DNA from: Candidatus Bathyarchaeota archaeon
GTDB lineage: Archaea > Thermoproteota > Bathyarchaeia > Bathyarchaeales > Bathycorpusculaceae
DNA length: 64,000 nt
NCBI GenBank assembly: GCA_963832745.1
Contig: CAWHVC010000003.1
Span: 64,001 to 128,000 of the forward strand
Direction: 5' to 3'
The notes beneath the pieces were generated by a model, which saw only the letters and a list, made by a program, of their open reading frames with translations, was not told the DNA's origin and did no database searches. The translations under genes were made by a program, and so were the position numbers. Shown in pieces: positions 27,659 through 38,297 of this stretch (positions within the stretch are counted from its first letter, which is position 1; each line of letters begins with the position of its first letter).

Positions 27659-28541
27659 CGGTTTGATATTCGTTTGATTGCTTTTTTCTTTTTCTGGTTA
27701 AAACTAAAGCAGCAAACAGTAAGCAGACAGCCATTGTTGAAGCGGCAACAGTTACTGTTAGCGTAGAAATATCTGACGCTGGTGAGGGTTCTGTCACATT
27801 GAAGTGAACAAGTTGGGTGCCACGGTTTCCCGCAACATCCCAAACGTAGAGCAGCAAAGTGTAATGCCCAAGCTGCAAACCCTCAAGGGTAGTGTTGCCT
27901 TGTATATTAAATTCGCCTGTCCCGTTTAGGTTGTAGGTGGCGTGACTGATGGGTTCATTAACTATGAATTCAAGGGGAACATTGCTCGTTTGAAAGGTTT
28001 TGTTTTCGGTTGTCACCATAGTTATTGCAGGAGCGGTTAAGTCTGGCGTTGGTGCGTGGGTGTCTACGGTGAAGATTATTGTGTCTTGCCAGTTTGCTTG
28101 ATAGTGTGGTCCGCCAGGAGTGGTTGGTTTAAATGGTGGACCTGGAGGGTTTGGGCTGTTTGTGGTGACTGAAGCGGTGACTTTTATGGTTAAATAATGT
28201 GTGCCTTCATGCAGTTCGGACAGTGGCATGTATCCCGTTGCGGGGTTAACTACGTGTATCTCGCCGGGTTTAAGAGCGGTTAAAGGCACCTCGCCAATGT
28301 AAGTGCCATCTAAACTGTATGTCAAGGAGCACTTGATGCCTAAGCCGTATCCGAAAGTCAAATTCAAAGCCAAATTGCCAGTGTTGTAGGTCACGTTGAC
28401 TGGCGAATAAACCCTTGCGCCCGAAGAGAGGACAATACAGTTGGTTGATTCAGCAAAAGCAGAACCCATCTGAACAGTTACCGTTGCCAAAAACAACATC
28501 GCCAAAACAACCACGGCAGCCCATTTTATCCATTTAATCAT
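27639..28541 (-). CDS. Secreted, membrane-anchored Ig-like domain protein
   Basis: Signal peptide, YSLDG, DVAGN, C-terminal TM followed by RKRKK. Confidence 0.7.
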   Translation of the reverse strand: MIKWIKWAAVVVLAMLFLATVTVQMGSAFAESTNCIVLSSGARVYSPVNVTYNTGNLALNLTFGYGLGIKCSLTYSLDGTYIGEVPLTALKPGEIHVVNPATGYMPLSELHEGTHYLTIKVTASVTTNSPNPPGPPFKPTTPGGPHYQANWQDTIIFTVDTHAPTPDLTAPAITMVTTENKTFQTSNVPLEFIVNEPISHATYNLNGTGEFNIQGNTTLEGLQLGHYTLLLYVWDVAGNRGTQLVHFNVTEPSPASDISTLTVTVAASTMAVCLLFAALVLTRKRKKQSNEYQTDDKPNS

Positions 28542-28683
28542 CCTTATTCGCCCATTAAGCTAATTTGAAACACGCTTTTAGCTCTCCTTCGAGAACATAG
28601 TGTTCTTCAAAAAGAACAGCACAGGCGGCTTTAACGCAAATCATAAAAGCCCCCACATTAAAGGTTGTCAGCGGTAATAGTCA

Positions 28684-29208
28684 TTGATTGATCGCGGTCT
28701 TTACGTTGGTAGATTTCAGCCGTTCCATCTTGGACACCTTGATGCCATAAAAGAAGTCCTAAACAAAGTTGACGAACTTGTAATCGTTATCGGCAGCGCC
28801 CAGTACAGTCATAACCTAAAAAATCCCTTCACAGCCGGCGAACGTTTAGTAATGATTCGTCACTCCTTACAAGAAGCAAACGTGGATTTATCAAAGGTTT
28901 GGATTGTTCCTGTTCCCGACGTTCACTTGCACATGCTCTGGGTTCCAGCAGTAGAAGGCTATACACCAAAATTTAACGCACTGTACTCAAATGAACCATT
29001 GACACGCCGATTGTTTATGGAGTCAGGCTACAGGGTTGAAAGCATCAGCCTTTTCGAAAGACAAACCTATTCATCCACGATAATACGTGAAAGAATGCTT
29101 AAAGACGAAAAGTGGACTTCTCTTGTTCCTCGAAGCGTCACTGACTTCATAAACAAGATTGATGGCGTGAACCGTCTAAGGGACCTTGCAAGAACCGACA
29201 AAATCTAA
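28684..29208 (+). CDS. nadM: Nicotinamide-nucleotide adenylyltransferase
   Basis: GRFQPFHLGH, GSAQYSH, NPFTAGER, SSTIIRERM. Confidence 0.95.
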   Translation: MIDRGLYVGRFQPFHLGHLDAIKEVLNKVDELVIVIGSAQYSHNLKNPFTAGERLVMIRHSLQEANVDLSKVWIVPVPDVHLHMLWVPAVEGYTPKFNALYSNEPLTRRLFMESGYRVESISLFERQTYSSTIIRERMLKDEKWTSLVPRSVTDFINKIDGVNRLRDLARTDKI

Positions 29209-29771
29209 ACTACCATTTTAGTTTTTGACGCTTTATGGTAAAATGTCCAAGCCAAATAGTAGACCACAAGTAACACTATTATCTGAACTGCAACTGCGAA
29301 AAATGCGTCACCAAATTCTATTGCAACAAAGTTGTTTATGCTGTGTAATGCTACTGCGATTAGGTAATACGGCAGGGGATTCTTTTTAGCTATGCCATAG
29401 GCGGTTACGGCGGCACTTGAAGCATGAAAAACTATTCCAGGTATCCTGACAAACGGCGATACACCTAACACAGTTACGTAAAGAAAGAATTCTGTTATGC
29501 CAAAACCTAGCCCAATTAGAATGCCCAGCAGGACAATGGAGCGTTCTGTTTCGCCGTGACGATAAAACAGCGGAAAAACTTTAGCAAGTTCTTCAATAAA
29601 TGGCGCCAACACTGCGGAGGTTATCAGCAGAGGCAAAAAATTATAAAATTGCCCCCAAAATACGGCGAATGGGACACTGACAAGTAAGCCTGAAAGGAAA
29701 AAGAAAAATTTCTCCCTAACACTTGGGTTATGAATTGGAATGACACATTCAGGTTTAGGGTTGTCGCTCAA
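29205..29771 (-). CDS. PrsW-family intramembrane protease
   Basis: APFIEELAK, GLGFGITE, FH, HSINN. Confidence 0.85.
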   Translation of the reverse strand: MSDNPKPECVIPIHNPSVREKFFFFLSGLLVSVPFAVFWGQFYNFLPLLITSAVLAPFIEELAKVFPLFYRHGETERSIVLLGILIGLGFGITEFFLYVTVLGVSPFVRIPGIVFHASSAAVTAYGIAKKNPLPYYLIAVALHSINNFVAIEFGDAFFAVAVQIIVLLVVYYLAWTFYHKASKTKMVV

Positions 29772-29830
29772 AAAATTTGCCTCTACACAAAAATAGGATG
29801 GGTTCTGCCTTATCAGCCTTTTCCAAGGGG

Positions 29831-31201
29831 TTAGAAGCCTGCAGTGATAAGGTTTTGGGGTTTCATGATTTCCCGTAGCAGAACCGTCGCGTAGCAGCCT
29901 CTAAGTAGCCTAAAAGCTAAAGAAACCGTCAATCCATCAGCACAGTTCGAGATGTCGAGCAGCTTGAAGTCTTTAACAGGAGTTAAAGCGGTTCGTAAGC
30001 TTCCTCTGCCGCCCAACCGTGAGTTAACCGTGACACGGAACCCATCCAAGTTCACGTTTTCCTCAGACAGAACACGCTTTTCCAGCTCACCCATGACACC
30101 GCCTGAAAGCTTCTGCTTAAACCCAACAATCGGTAAAGCAAGCCTCATTTTACCTGCCACGATTGCTTCGTTTGCTTTAGCTTGAGTTTGGACGGTTACG
30201 GTTTGAGCCATATTCACCATCGGCAACCCCGTGCGTTCTACGCCAATCACGAAATCGCCAACTTCAGCCCTGTTTAAGGGTAAGCCAGTTTTGATTCGTT
30301 CGCTTAAACAACGGTTAAACAGGTACGATTGGTATGCTTGAACAAACAGGCCTTGAAGCTTTAGAGGCAAAACTTGGAAAGCACCTGTAAAGTCATTGGA
30401 GTTGTTGTTTAGGTAGTTTAACATTGAGCGTTCGTAACGTAATTGTTTTGGGTAACGTTCTAATGCCGTTTTGAAGTCGCGTGACTCTTGGAGTTCTGTG
30501 CGGGCTTGTCTTGAGTCTGGATGCTCGTCTGGGCTGGGTTTAGCCAGAAAAAGCATGGCTGCCATTTCAAAATCGCCTTTAAGAATTGCTTTGCCCACAA
30601 GATGCGTTATTGGGCGTGTTGTGCCAAAACGTTGGTGCCCATAAAAGTTTGGTATGCCGCCGAGTTGATTGATTTCCTTAATTGTTTGATTTATTTGCTC
30701 ATTGACTATGGTTTGGTCTTGAGTGATGCCGCTGATTCTAATTGTAAAACTGTTTCCCAAAAGGTAAAACACTGACAGAGGATTTCGCAGGTAACCTATT
30801 GGACGAAATTCTACGCCTTTAACAGCTACTTTGGCAGCGTCCTCCATTGTCAAGTTTTCAACAGTAACAAACTGTGCGGTAACCGCTTTGGCATCCTTAA
30901 TACCTGCAATTTGAATACTATTTTGTCCCAATCCAAGCTGGTAAGCCACGTTTTTGGATGCAAGAAAAGTGTCCCAGTTCCGTTTAACCAAAACACAAAG
31001 AAGATGCCGTTGCCGCTCCAACGACGCACCCAACGCCCTCTTCTCTTCAGATGGGCACACTTGAGCTTTGGAGCCGTCAACTAGGACTTCTTCAACTTGA
31101 AAATCTTCAACTGCACCACGGATTCTTCCACCGACACCGCTGGTTTTTGTTGCGTAAACCTCGATGCCGAGCAAACGATCAATTTCAGGTGCAGACTGCA
31201 A
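29831..31201 (-). CDS. truD: tRNA pseudouridine(13) synthase TruD
   Basis: EDFQVEE, AGIKDAKAVTAQ, PNFYGHQRFG, GCYATVLLREIMK. Confidence 0.95.
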   Translation of the reverse strand: MQSAPEIDRLLGIEVYATKTSGVGGRIRGAVEDFQVEEVLVDGSKAQVCPSEEKRALGASLERQRHLLCVLVKRNWDTFLASKNVAYQLGLGQNSIQIAGIKDAKAVTAQFVTVENLTMEDAAKVAVKGVEFRPIGYLRNPLSVFYLLGNSFTIRISGITQDQTIVNEQINQTIKEINQLGGIPNFYGHQRFGTTRPITHLVGKAILKGDFEMAAMLFLAKPSPDEHPDSRQARTELQESRDFKTALERYPKQLRYERSMLNYLNNNSNDFTGAFQVLPLKLQGLFVQAYQSYLFNRCLSERIKTGLPLNRAEVGDFVIGVERTGLPMVNMAQTVTVQTQAKANEAIVAGKMRLALPIVGFKQKLSGGVMGELEKRVLSEENVNLDGFRVTVNSRLGGRGSLRTALTPVKDFKLLDISNCADGLTVSLAFRLLRGCYATVLLREIMKPQNLITAGF

Positions 31202-31212
31202 AATAGTTCGCC

Positions 31213-31575
31213 TTATAAGAGTTTGAGTTTGCCTGTTAAACGGTCAATCATGGATGCGGGTGCAGGTCCAATGCCAAGGCAAGTGACTGAGCCTTCAGGA
31301 ATTTCTGTCAGGCCGCGGTCAATAATCAAAGCGTGGGGTAATCCAAGGTCGTCTGCTGCTTCTTCGAGTTCGCTGAGTTCTTTTTCACTTGGAACTTTAA
31401 GGGCAACCTTCTTTTGTCCTTCAAAAAGCCAAGATTCCCACCATTTCTTATGATGCACATAAGCATCTTGTGCCGCTGAAACCGCTGCGTGCCCTGCCTG
31501 CGCCGCAATTTTGCCTTTACTCATCTGCAAATCCATACGGAAAACTATGACCTGCTTGTACTCAAATTCAACCAT
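31213..31575 (-). CDS. pth2: Peptidyl-tRNA hydrolase Pth2
   Basis: KQVIVFRMDLQMSKGKIAAQAGHA, DRGLTEI, GIGP. Confidence 0.95.
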   Translation of the reverse strand: MVEFEYKQVIVFRMDLQMSKGKIAAQAGHAAVSAAQDAYVHHKKWWESWLFEGQKKVALKVPSEKELSELEEAADDLGLPHALIIDRGLTEIPEGSVTCLGIGPAPASMIDRLTGKLKLL

Positions 31576-31612
31576 GATGTTCGCCTTTTGGCTAAAATGT
31601 GCTTCCACTGTT

Positions 31613-32839
31613 TTAAGGGTTTGCAAACAAATAAAGCAACCCAAAATAGCCCAACGCCGCCAACATGGCAGGTTTAGTGGCGACCTGCATCATCATCCTG
31701 CCTTGATAATCGATTTCTTCCACGCCGCTAAATGCTTTGCCAACGCCGACGCGGTTGCAGAACCGCAAAACTGAATCCCAGCGGTCATCTGAAAGCGAGT
31801 TTAGGAATCGCCTGAGCCTAAGCATGAAAGCAACATCGAAGTTTAGGGCATTATTACAGCGTTTCTGGTAAACAGAAAGCGTCTTAGCTGAAACATCCTC
31901 AAACTCAATGGCGGATTTGGCTGTTTCTGCCGCAAATTCGCCGCAGGTTAACCCAAAAATCACTCCACCGCCAGTCGTAGGCTTAACCTGAGATGCTACG
32001 TCGCCGACAGCCAAAAAACCGTTACTGTAAGCCCTGCTGATTGGACCCGCTAAAGAGATGGCGTGGTAAGAGGTTTTGACTATTTTTGCTCCTTTAACTT
32101 GCCTTTTAGCAACGGGATGTTTGGTCATTAGACGTTGCAGGTAACCTTGGGGGTTTCCGTGGTTTGTTGCTAAACCAAGTTTTGCTGACCCGTCTGGTCG
32201 GGGAATAAGCCAGCCGTAAAATCCGGGGGCGCTGCTCCCCATATAAACCTCAACCGCGTGAGGTTCCACGTCGTGGACTTGGTCGAGTTCAGTTTCAACG
32301 GCGTAAACCAGTCCTGACCCATTAAGCCCCCTCAAGCCTGCTTGGCGAAGAAGTCGTGAACTGATGCCTTCAGTATCAACGGTAATTTTTGAGGGAACTG
32401 CTGTGCCGTCTTTGAGGTTCACGCCCTTGACCCAGCCGTTTTCAACTTGAAGCGACTGGACTGGTCGACCTAAATGAAAAGTTGCTCCAGCCTGTTCAGC
32501 TTGACCAGCGATGTACTGATCAAATTTTGCCCTATCCAACACGCAGGTTACAGGAGTTTTAAGTCGGATTGAGAATTTTGTGCCTGATGGCGAATAAAAG
32601 TTGGCGCCGTCAAAAACGTTTTCAACAATGCCTTTGGGCAAGGGGTAGTAGCCGAGGGATTTTAAGCTGCGTATGCTGATGTGACCTGCACAGTGAGACG
32701 GCAAACCGACCTCTGAATGCTCTTCGTAAATATCCGTTTTAACGCCAAGCTTAGCTAAACAAAGCGCCGTGTAGGAACCCACTGGTCCCGCGCCGACAAC
32801 CACTGCATTTGCCTGCTGACTCTTCTTTGCCATCATCAC
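31613..32839 (-). CDS. Geranylgeranyl reductase family flavoprotein
   Basis: GAGPVG, YGWLIP, GDVASQVKPTTGGG. Confidence 0.88.
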   Translation of the reverse strand: MMMAKKSQQANAVVVGAGPVGSYTALCLAKLGVKTDIYEEHSEVGLPSHCAGHISIRSLKSLGYYPLPKGIVENVFDGANFYSPSGTKFSIRLKTPVTCVLDRAKFDQYIAGQAEQAGATFHLGRPVQSLQVENGWVKGVNLKDGTAVPSKITVDTEGISSRLLRQAGLRGLNGSGLVYAVETELDQVHDVEPHAVEVYMGSSAPGFYGWLIPRPDGSAKLGLATNHGNPQGYLQRLMTKHPVAKRQVKGAKIVKTSYHAISLAGPISRAYSNGFLAVGDVASQVKPTTGGGVIFGLTCGEFAAETAKSAIEFEDVSAKTLSVYQKRCNNALNFDVAFMLRLRRFLNSLSDDRWDSVLRFCNRVGVGKAFSGVEEIDYQGRMMMQVATKPAMLAALGYFGLLYLFANP

Positions 32840-32885
32840 TATTGCTACTGCAGGTGTCCTAAAAAAAGAATCGAAAAAAATAGTT

Positions 32886-33140
32886 TTAATTCTGGTTGGT
32901 TACCAACAGTTTTGAGGCTGCCTCGATCGTTTCGGTTTCATTATTTGCGGCGGCTTGTCTAATGTTTTCAACCACTGGCTGAAACAGTTGCCCTACAAGT
33001 TTGCTGGTTAAATCGCTTACAACCTTTTTTTGGCGTTCATCGATTTTGCCTATTCGTCTTAATGCTTCAGCGAGTTCTTTTTGGCGGCTTCTCTCAACTC
33101 GATCAAGCAAATCAAAAACAAGTTCGTTAATGTCTTCCAC
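32886..33140 (-). CDS. Stand-alone glutamyl-tRNA reductase (HemA) dimerisation-domain protein
   Basis: ERSRQKELAEALRRIG...KKVVSDLTSKLVGQLFQPVVENIRQAA resembles the HemA C-terminus; no catalytic or NADPH domain. Confidence 0.65.
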   Translation of the reverse strand: MEDINELVFDLLDRVERSRQKELAEALRRIGKIDERQKKVVSDLTSKLVGQLFQPVVENIRQAAANNETETIEAASKLLVTNQN

Positions 33141-33161
33141 CTGATTTTTCGCCTTTCAATT

Positions 33162-34145
33162 TTAGGAAAGAAAAGGGTTGGTTGCGCATACTCTTTGTGA
33201 GGGTTGCGAAACGTATTCGGTGAATCCCCATGTTTCTTCCACTTTCAAAGACAGATTCTGCAAGGCAGAAGCTAATTTTTGTCCGTCACTGGTCAAATTG
33301 TACGTTAAAGGTATTTTTCTTACGAACACGAGTTTCTTGCCTTTGAGATGTCTTATGTGCTTGTAAGTTCTTCTTTGAGATAGACCAACAGTTTTGGCAA
33401 GTTTGTCCGCTGCGATTCCTTCATCTGGGATTGCCTGGTAAACTTTCAATGCGGAAACTGTCAACTCTTCCAGCGATGGGTCTCTTTTTGACTTATGGAA
33501 AAAGATATAATTTCGTTCGGTTGGAACATTTACTAAACCTGCTGTGGCTAAACGTTTAAGGATTCGTGAAGTGATTGTTGGTGAAATGATTTGTTTGATT
33601 TCTTCGCAAGTTTTTGGTCCTGAAAGCAAGATTTGCAGAAGCGTTTCTTCATGGCACTCGGATTGAGGGGGTAGTTTTTCAGCGAATTCTTCAAAACCAT
33701 TCAGCAATTCACTTATGCGAACACCAAACGTGGTGACGTTGTACTTGCTCAGGGATTCAGTGACAAGCCCGATTGTTATGAGCGGTTGAATATATTCTTC
33801 ATTTATGGTGTATTGGCTTTGATGGCTGCCTGTTTTTTTGAGCTCTTGCTGAATTTTGGCAAGAGTACATCTGCCATTAACGATGGCCCCAAAAACGTGC
33901 AGTCTTGTCTGATTCTTTAGGACGTTGAAAAAATCTGTTGTGTAGTTTGGGTTGCTCATGGTGTTGCGGAGGTTTCTTAACTCATTTTTCAGTTTATAGA
34001 AACGACATAAACTAATGCATTGGATTGGCGTGATTGGTGTGCAGTGTTTGCACATGTCCTCAAGCGATTTCAGGTTTTCAAATGAACCTTGGTTGCTTTG
34101 GGTCTTTGGTGGTAATAAGACAGCAACCATGTTTATGCCTCCCAA
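33162..34145 (-). CDS. Multi-winged-helix regulator with N-terminal Cys cluster
   Basis: CKHC-x7-C-x3-C followed by three HTH-like segments (PLITIGLV, RLATAGLV, HLKGKKLV). Confidence 0.65.
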   Translation of the reverse strand: MGGINMVAVLLPPKTQSNQGSFENLKSLEDMCKHCTPITPIQCISLCRFYKLKNELRNLRNTMSNPNYTTDFFNVLKNQTRLHVFGAIVNGRCTLAKIQQELKKTGSHQSQYTINEEYIQPLITIGLVTESLSKYNVTTFGVRISELLNGFEEFAEKLPPQSECHEETLLQILLSGPKTCEEIKQIISPTITSRILKRLATAGLVNVPTERNYIFFHKSKRDPSLEELTVSALKVYQAIPDEGIAADKLAKTVGLSQRRTYKHIRHLKGKKLVFVRKIPLTYNLTSDGQKLASALQNLSLKVEETWGFTEYVSQPSQRVCATNPFLS

Positions 34146-34302
34146 TTGGCTATCAAACGTTTAGCAGCCCCAACACCGTTTTTTGATAGGCTAAAACATG
34201 CCGAGAGAGAAACTAAGACTGAACCCAAGACATACATTTTTCTCATCAAACATTCCCAAAAGCACCTTCCTTTAGCTTATGTAAAAAGGGTTTTCGTAAA
34301 GA

Positions 34303-34461
34303 AATGTTGACGAAGCCTTAGTCAAGGTTTCTTTACTAACTTTTTACTTCAAAAATTAAGCTGACCTCTATAAACTGCATCTAAAAACTTTAAACCAGAT
34401 TAATTAGTTATCCACTTTTAGTCAAGAAATCTTGACCGATGTTTAGTATAGAATTGTTGAC
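34303..34461. promoter_or_regulatory. TTGAC/GTCAA operator-like array
   Basis: TTGAC-N9-GTCAA (34307-34325), GTCAAGA-AA-TCTTGAC (34421-34436), TTGAC (34457). Confidence 0.55.
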
Positions 34462-34509
34462 AAAAACTTCTTTAAGGAATCGGTTACCGCTACAGGTAAT
34501 TGATAAAGA

Positions 34510-35157
34510 ATGAAAAGAGTAGTTACATTGATGGTTGCATTATCGCTACTGCTTTTTCCATTGCTTGCAGAAGCGCAACCACAACCACCCGACGTTCCCA
34601 CTTTAGGACCAGCACTAATTATGTCTGCAGGAGATGGTTTTACAAACGTTACAGTTTATTCTCCTCAAAACCAATCTTACCAAGAAAAACCAATAGAGTT
34701 AACTTTTTCAGTAGATGCTGTTGGAATGTTTGGACAGTTTGGAAACGTCGGTTACCAAATAGACCAAGGAACAATACGTAGCGTAACCAGTTTCGTCAAC
34801 AAAACAATAGGTAATGAAAGCATGCCTAACTGGTACTATAGTCGTACAACTATTTTTGCAACAATAGAATTAACTGACCTTTCGTTGGGACCGCATAACG
34901 TTACGGTTTATTATGGCTGGCAATATTTGGGAATCCCTGAGAATCCAAGCTTAGAAAGGTTTGAAGTCTACGCGTATGATTCTGTAGAGTTTACAATTGC
35001 TGATTCCAACCTTTCGGTAACTGATTATAACACGCCATCTTCAACAGTTACCCCTATGCCGACGCCTACCGTTGCAGAGCATTCAATAGCAACCATCACA
35101 TTACTGGCAGCATTAACAGTTCCAGCTATTTTAATTCTAAAAAGAAAAAGAAACTAG
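34510..35157 (+). CDS. Secreted, membrane-anchored hypothetical protein
   Basis: Signal peptide, Pro/Thr linker, PEF-like sorting tail TVAEHS-TM-KRKRN. Confidence 0.7.
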   Translation: MKRVVTLMVALSLLLFPLLAEAQPQPPDVPTLGPALIMSAGDGFTNVTVYSPQNQSYQEKPIELTFSVDAVGMFGQFGNVGYQIDQGTIRSVTSFVNKTIGNESMPNWYYSRTTIFATIELTDLSLGPHNVTVYYGWQYLGIPENPSLERFEVYAYDSVEFTIADSNLSVTDYNTPSSTVTPMPTPTVAEHSIATITLLAALTVPAILILKRKRN

Positions 35158-35160
35158 CAA

Positions 35161-35355
35161 TTACCCTATTACTTGTACTCTGCCAACTTTGCCGTCTGTT
35201 AATCTGACTTTAATTCCATGTGGGTGCGTTGGGCTACTAGTGAGGATTTCTTTGACAATGCCCTCGGTTAAGGTGCCAGTTCGTTGGTGCTGTTTTAAAA
35301 CGATTTTCACGTGGCCGCCTAGCTTAATTTGTTGTCTTTGCTGGTTAGGTTGCAT
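35161..35355 (-). CDS. YwbE (DUF2196) family protein
   Basis: IVLKQHQRTGTLTEGIVKEILTSSPTHPHGIKVRLTDGKVGRV. Confidence 0.9.
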   Translation of the reverse strand: MQPNQQRQQIKLGGHVKIVLKQHQRTGTLTEGIVKEILTSSPTHPHGIKVRLTDGKVGRVQVIG

Positions 35356-35428
35356 TTTTAGGTATAGGAACTACGCGGCTTATAGCACATTCGCACTATC
35401 ATTCAAAATCCGGGAGCTGGTTCACACC

Positions 35429-35480
35429 AACCTATTTGCCTAATAGAGGTTCTATGCAAAAACCTAAGAGGGGTAGGATC
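35429..35480 (-). repeat. Dispersed intergenic repeat, copy 2 (inverted)
   Basis: Reverse complement GATCCTACCCCTCTTAGGTTTTTGCATAGAACCTCTATTAGGCAAATAGGTT aligns with 38359-38411. Confidence 0.7.
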
Positions 35481-35587
35481 ATAATGATGCTTTTTGAAAA
35501 TTTTTGTTCCCCAACCAAACGTACCGTAAATATTTCGGTCAAAATAGAAATAAAACCTTACAAAAAGGGTTAAAGAAAGAACGGAAA

Positions 35588-35818
35588 TTATTGAACTAGT
35601 TCAATGCGCCGTTTTCCGCGTGACATGCCGGAGGTGCGGATTTTACCGCTGACTTCCAAGCCAAGCAGAATTTCGTTGAAGTCTTTGAATCCTAAATCTT
35701 CGAATTCGCTACGCATTTGACTGAACAGTTCGTCATCGGTCAGGTCGCCTTTTTTGCCCAAAATCTCCAAGAGGACATAATGGACAGGGCGGGTTTTCCA
35801 AATTTTAATTTGTGGCAT
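35588..35818 (-). CDS. Small winged-helix protein downstream of cdc48
   Basis: LTDDELF...FNEILLGLEVSGKIR wHTH pattern; 15 bp from the cdc48 stop. Confidence 0.7.
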   Translation of the reverse strand: MPQIKIWKTRPVHYVLLEILGKKGDLTDDELFSQMRSEFEDLGFKDFNEILLGLEVSGKIRTSGMSRGKRRIELVQ

Positions 35819-35833
35819 AGGTATCAGCTTCTC

Positions 35834-38020
35834 TTATGTTACTGGTGTTGCTGGCTTTTGTACTTGACGGATTGCCTGCATGAAGCTCTTGTACCATTTC
35901 TCCATGTCAGGTGTAATTGATGGACCCATTTCTTTCATTGCGTCTTGGAAGTCTTTCATTGTGACTTTTTGAGCGTTAACGTCCCGACGAAGGGCATGCA
36001 TTGCTGCTTCACGGCATAAAGATTCGATATCGGCACCACTGTAATATTTTGTGACTGCTGCAAGCGGGGTAACATCAACGTCTTGGTCAAGAGGCATATT
36101 CTTAGTGTAAATCTTAAAGATTTGAATTCTGCTCTTCTCATCTGGTTCTGGAACGTATATTAAGCGGTCAAATCTGCCTGGACGTATTACTGCTGAATCA
36201 ACCATGTCGGGTCTGTTGGTGGCTGCTATGACTACGATGTCTTGAAGCGTGTTTATGCCGTCCATTTCAGTGAGCAGTTGACTGATTACGCGTTCGGAAA
36301 CGCCGCTGTCTGACATGCCCATTCCACGTCTAGGTGTTAATGAGTCGATTTCGTCAAGGAACACGACTGCGGGTGCTGCCATGCGGGCTTTGCGGAAGAC
36401 TTCACGGATGGCTTTTTCTGATTCGCCAACCCATTTGCTGAAGACTTCGGGGCCTTTGATTGAGATGAAGTTGGCTTCGCTTTCGGTTGCAACGGCTCTG
36501 GCGAGCAGCGTTTTGCCGCAGCCAGGAGGACCGTACATGAGTATACCTTTTGGTGCACGTATGCCTAAACGTGTGAACATTTCTGGGTTTTTGATTGGCC
36601 ACTCAACAGCTTCTATTAGGTGCTGTTTAACATCATCTAAGCCGCCGGCATCGTCCCAGTGAACGGTTGAGACTTCAATGTATACTTCACGCATAGCTGT
36701 TGGTGTGACTTCTTTGTACGCGCCGAGGAAATCGTCCATTTTGACTTCCATCTTTTCCAGCACTGAGGGGGGTATGCGTTCTTCTTCAAGGTTAATCTGA
36801 GGCAAGTATCTACGGAGTGCTTTCATGGCGGTTTCTCTGCCAAGTGATGAGAGGTCAGCACCTGTGTAACCGTGAGTCATAGCTGAGAGCTTGTTTAAGT
36901 CAACATCTTCAGCAAGAGGCATACCACGTGTGTGGATTTGGAGGACTTCATGTCTTCCTGCTTTGTCAGGGACGCTGATTTCGATTTCTCTATCAAACCG
37001 GCCAGGTCTGCGTAGGGCTGGGTCAAGTGCGCCGGGACGGTTGGTTGCACCGATTACGATTACGTTACCTCTGCCGCCAAGACCATCCATGAGGGCAAGC
37101 AGTTGTGCGACGACGCGACGTTCGACTTCACCGGTTACTTCTTCACGTTTGGGCGCAAGACTGTCTAGTTCATCAATAAATATGATGCTTGGAGCGTTCT
37201 GTTGTGCTTGCTGGAATATTTCGCGTAAGCGTGCTTCTGATTCGCCGTAGAATTTGCTCATGATTTCTGGGCCGTTGATGCTGTAGAAGTTGGCTTCTGA
37301 CTCGTTTGCGACGGCTCGTGCAAGCAGGGTTTTACCGCAGCCAGGAGGACCGTGTAGCAGAACGCCTTTTGGTGGTTCAATTCCGAGGCGTTGGAAAAGT
37401 TCTGGGTGACGAAGTGGTAACTCTACCATTTCGCGGACACGTTGAATTTCTTCGTGTAAACCGCCTATGTCTTCGTAAGTGGTACGTGGTAAACCTTTGC
37501 CTTCGGGGGCTGGTTCGTTAAGAATTGTAAGGCGGGTTTCCGCTGTAACTTTGATGATCCCGTGTGGACGAGTTTTGGAAACAGTGAATGGGATAGCGTG
37601 ACCCAGCATCATGACAAGGGTTGTGTCGCCTTCAACTAGGGTACGTTCCATTAAACGGTTTTTAACAAAATTGGTAAAATCTTCGTCCACGTTGAGACGC
37701 ATGTCAACTGGCGCCAATGTTAAGCTTAACGCGGTTTTTACTTTGGCGGGTTTTACAACTACGTACTCGTTTATGGCTACGCCACTGTTTTTGCGTGTGA
37801 ACCCGTCGATTCTGATGATGTCGCGGTTTTGGTCTTCGCTGTATGCGGGCCAAGCAATCGCGCTTGTTGTCCTTTTGTTAACAATTTCGATAACGTCTCC
37901 AGCGCTTATGCCAAGTTTCTGCATTGTCCGCTGGTCAATACGGGCGATACCTCTGCCCACGTCTCTTTGTCTTGCATCTCCAACACGTAATTGAACTTCG
38001 CTCACGTTAGAACTCTCCAT
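35834..38020 (-). CDS. cdc48: CDC48/VCP family AAA+ ATPase
   Basis: Two GPPGCGKT Walker A motifs, two DE Walker B motifs, RPGRFDR, N-terminal [10 protein letters not shown]. Confidence 0.97.
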   Translation of the reverse strand: MESSNVSEVQLRVGDARQRDVGRGIARIDQRTMQKLGISAGDVIEIVNKRTTSAIAWPAYSEDQNRDIIRIDGFTRKNSGVAINEYVVVKPAKVKTALSLTLAPVDMRLNVDEDFTNFVKNRLMERTLVEGDTTLVMMLGHAIPFTVSKTRPHGIIKVTAETRLTILNEPAPEGKGLPRTTYEDIGGLHEEIQRVREMVELPLRHPELFQRLGIEPPKGVLLHGPPGCGKTLLARAVANESEANFYSINGPEIMSKFYGESEARLREIFQQAQQNAPSIIFIDELDSLAPKREEVTGEVERRVVAQLLALMDGLGGRGNVIVIGATNRPGALDPALRRPGRFDREIEISVPDKAGRHEVLQIHTRGMPLAEDVDLNKLSAMTHGYTGADLSSLGRETAMKALRRYLPQINLEEERIPPSVLEKMEVKMDDFLGAYKEVTPTAMREVYIEVSTVHWDDAGGLDDVKQHLIEAVEWPIKNPEMFTRLGIRAPKGILMYGPPGCGKTLLARAVATESEANFISIKGPEVFSKWVGESEKAIREVFRKARMAAPAVVFLDEIDSLTPRRGMGMSDSGVSERVISQLLTEMDGINTLQDIVVIAATNRPDMVDSAVIRPGRFDRLIYVPEPDEKSRIQIFKIYTKNMPLDQDVDVTPLAAVTKYYSGADIESLCREAAMHALRRDVNAQKVTMKDFQDAMKEMGPSITPDMEKWYKSFMQAIRQVQKPATPVT

Positions 38021-38297
38021 AATTAACAAGTCGTATAAGCTTGTTGAAAAGAACATTTCGTCCCTATATAAACTTTAAAGCGTAACAGTTCAGACTCTCA
38101 GGCGATAAAAAACGACAAAACAGCGTGTATCTGTTTTGGTTTTTTGATGGCAAGCGGCAGTTTCTTTTGGGCTGCTGAGTGGCTACTCCAGATTTAAGCA
38201 AGATTTTTACCTGTTTTTCAGTTGAAAAGGGATAGTCTCTGCCTGCCGGTGCAAAATACTGATTAATATTCAATATCATGTTTTGAGCCAATAGGAA

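Noticed and set aside
34134-34253. Short upstream ORFs (20 and 37 aa) as leader peptides
   Set aside because: Two alternative frames with no distinguishing motif; cannot be supported.
36315-37994. Long antisense ORFs over cdc48 (similar ones over infB, the P-type ATPase and gltB)
   Set aside because: Shadow ORFs of strongly conserved genes.
38064-38291. 75-aa ORF upstream of cdc48
   Set aside because: It overlaps the likely promoter region and has no recognisable motif.
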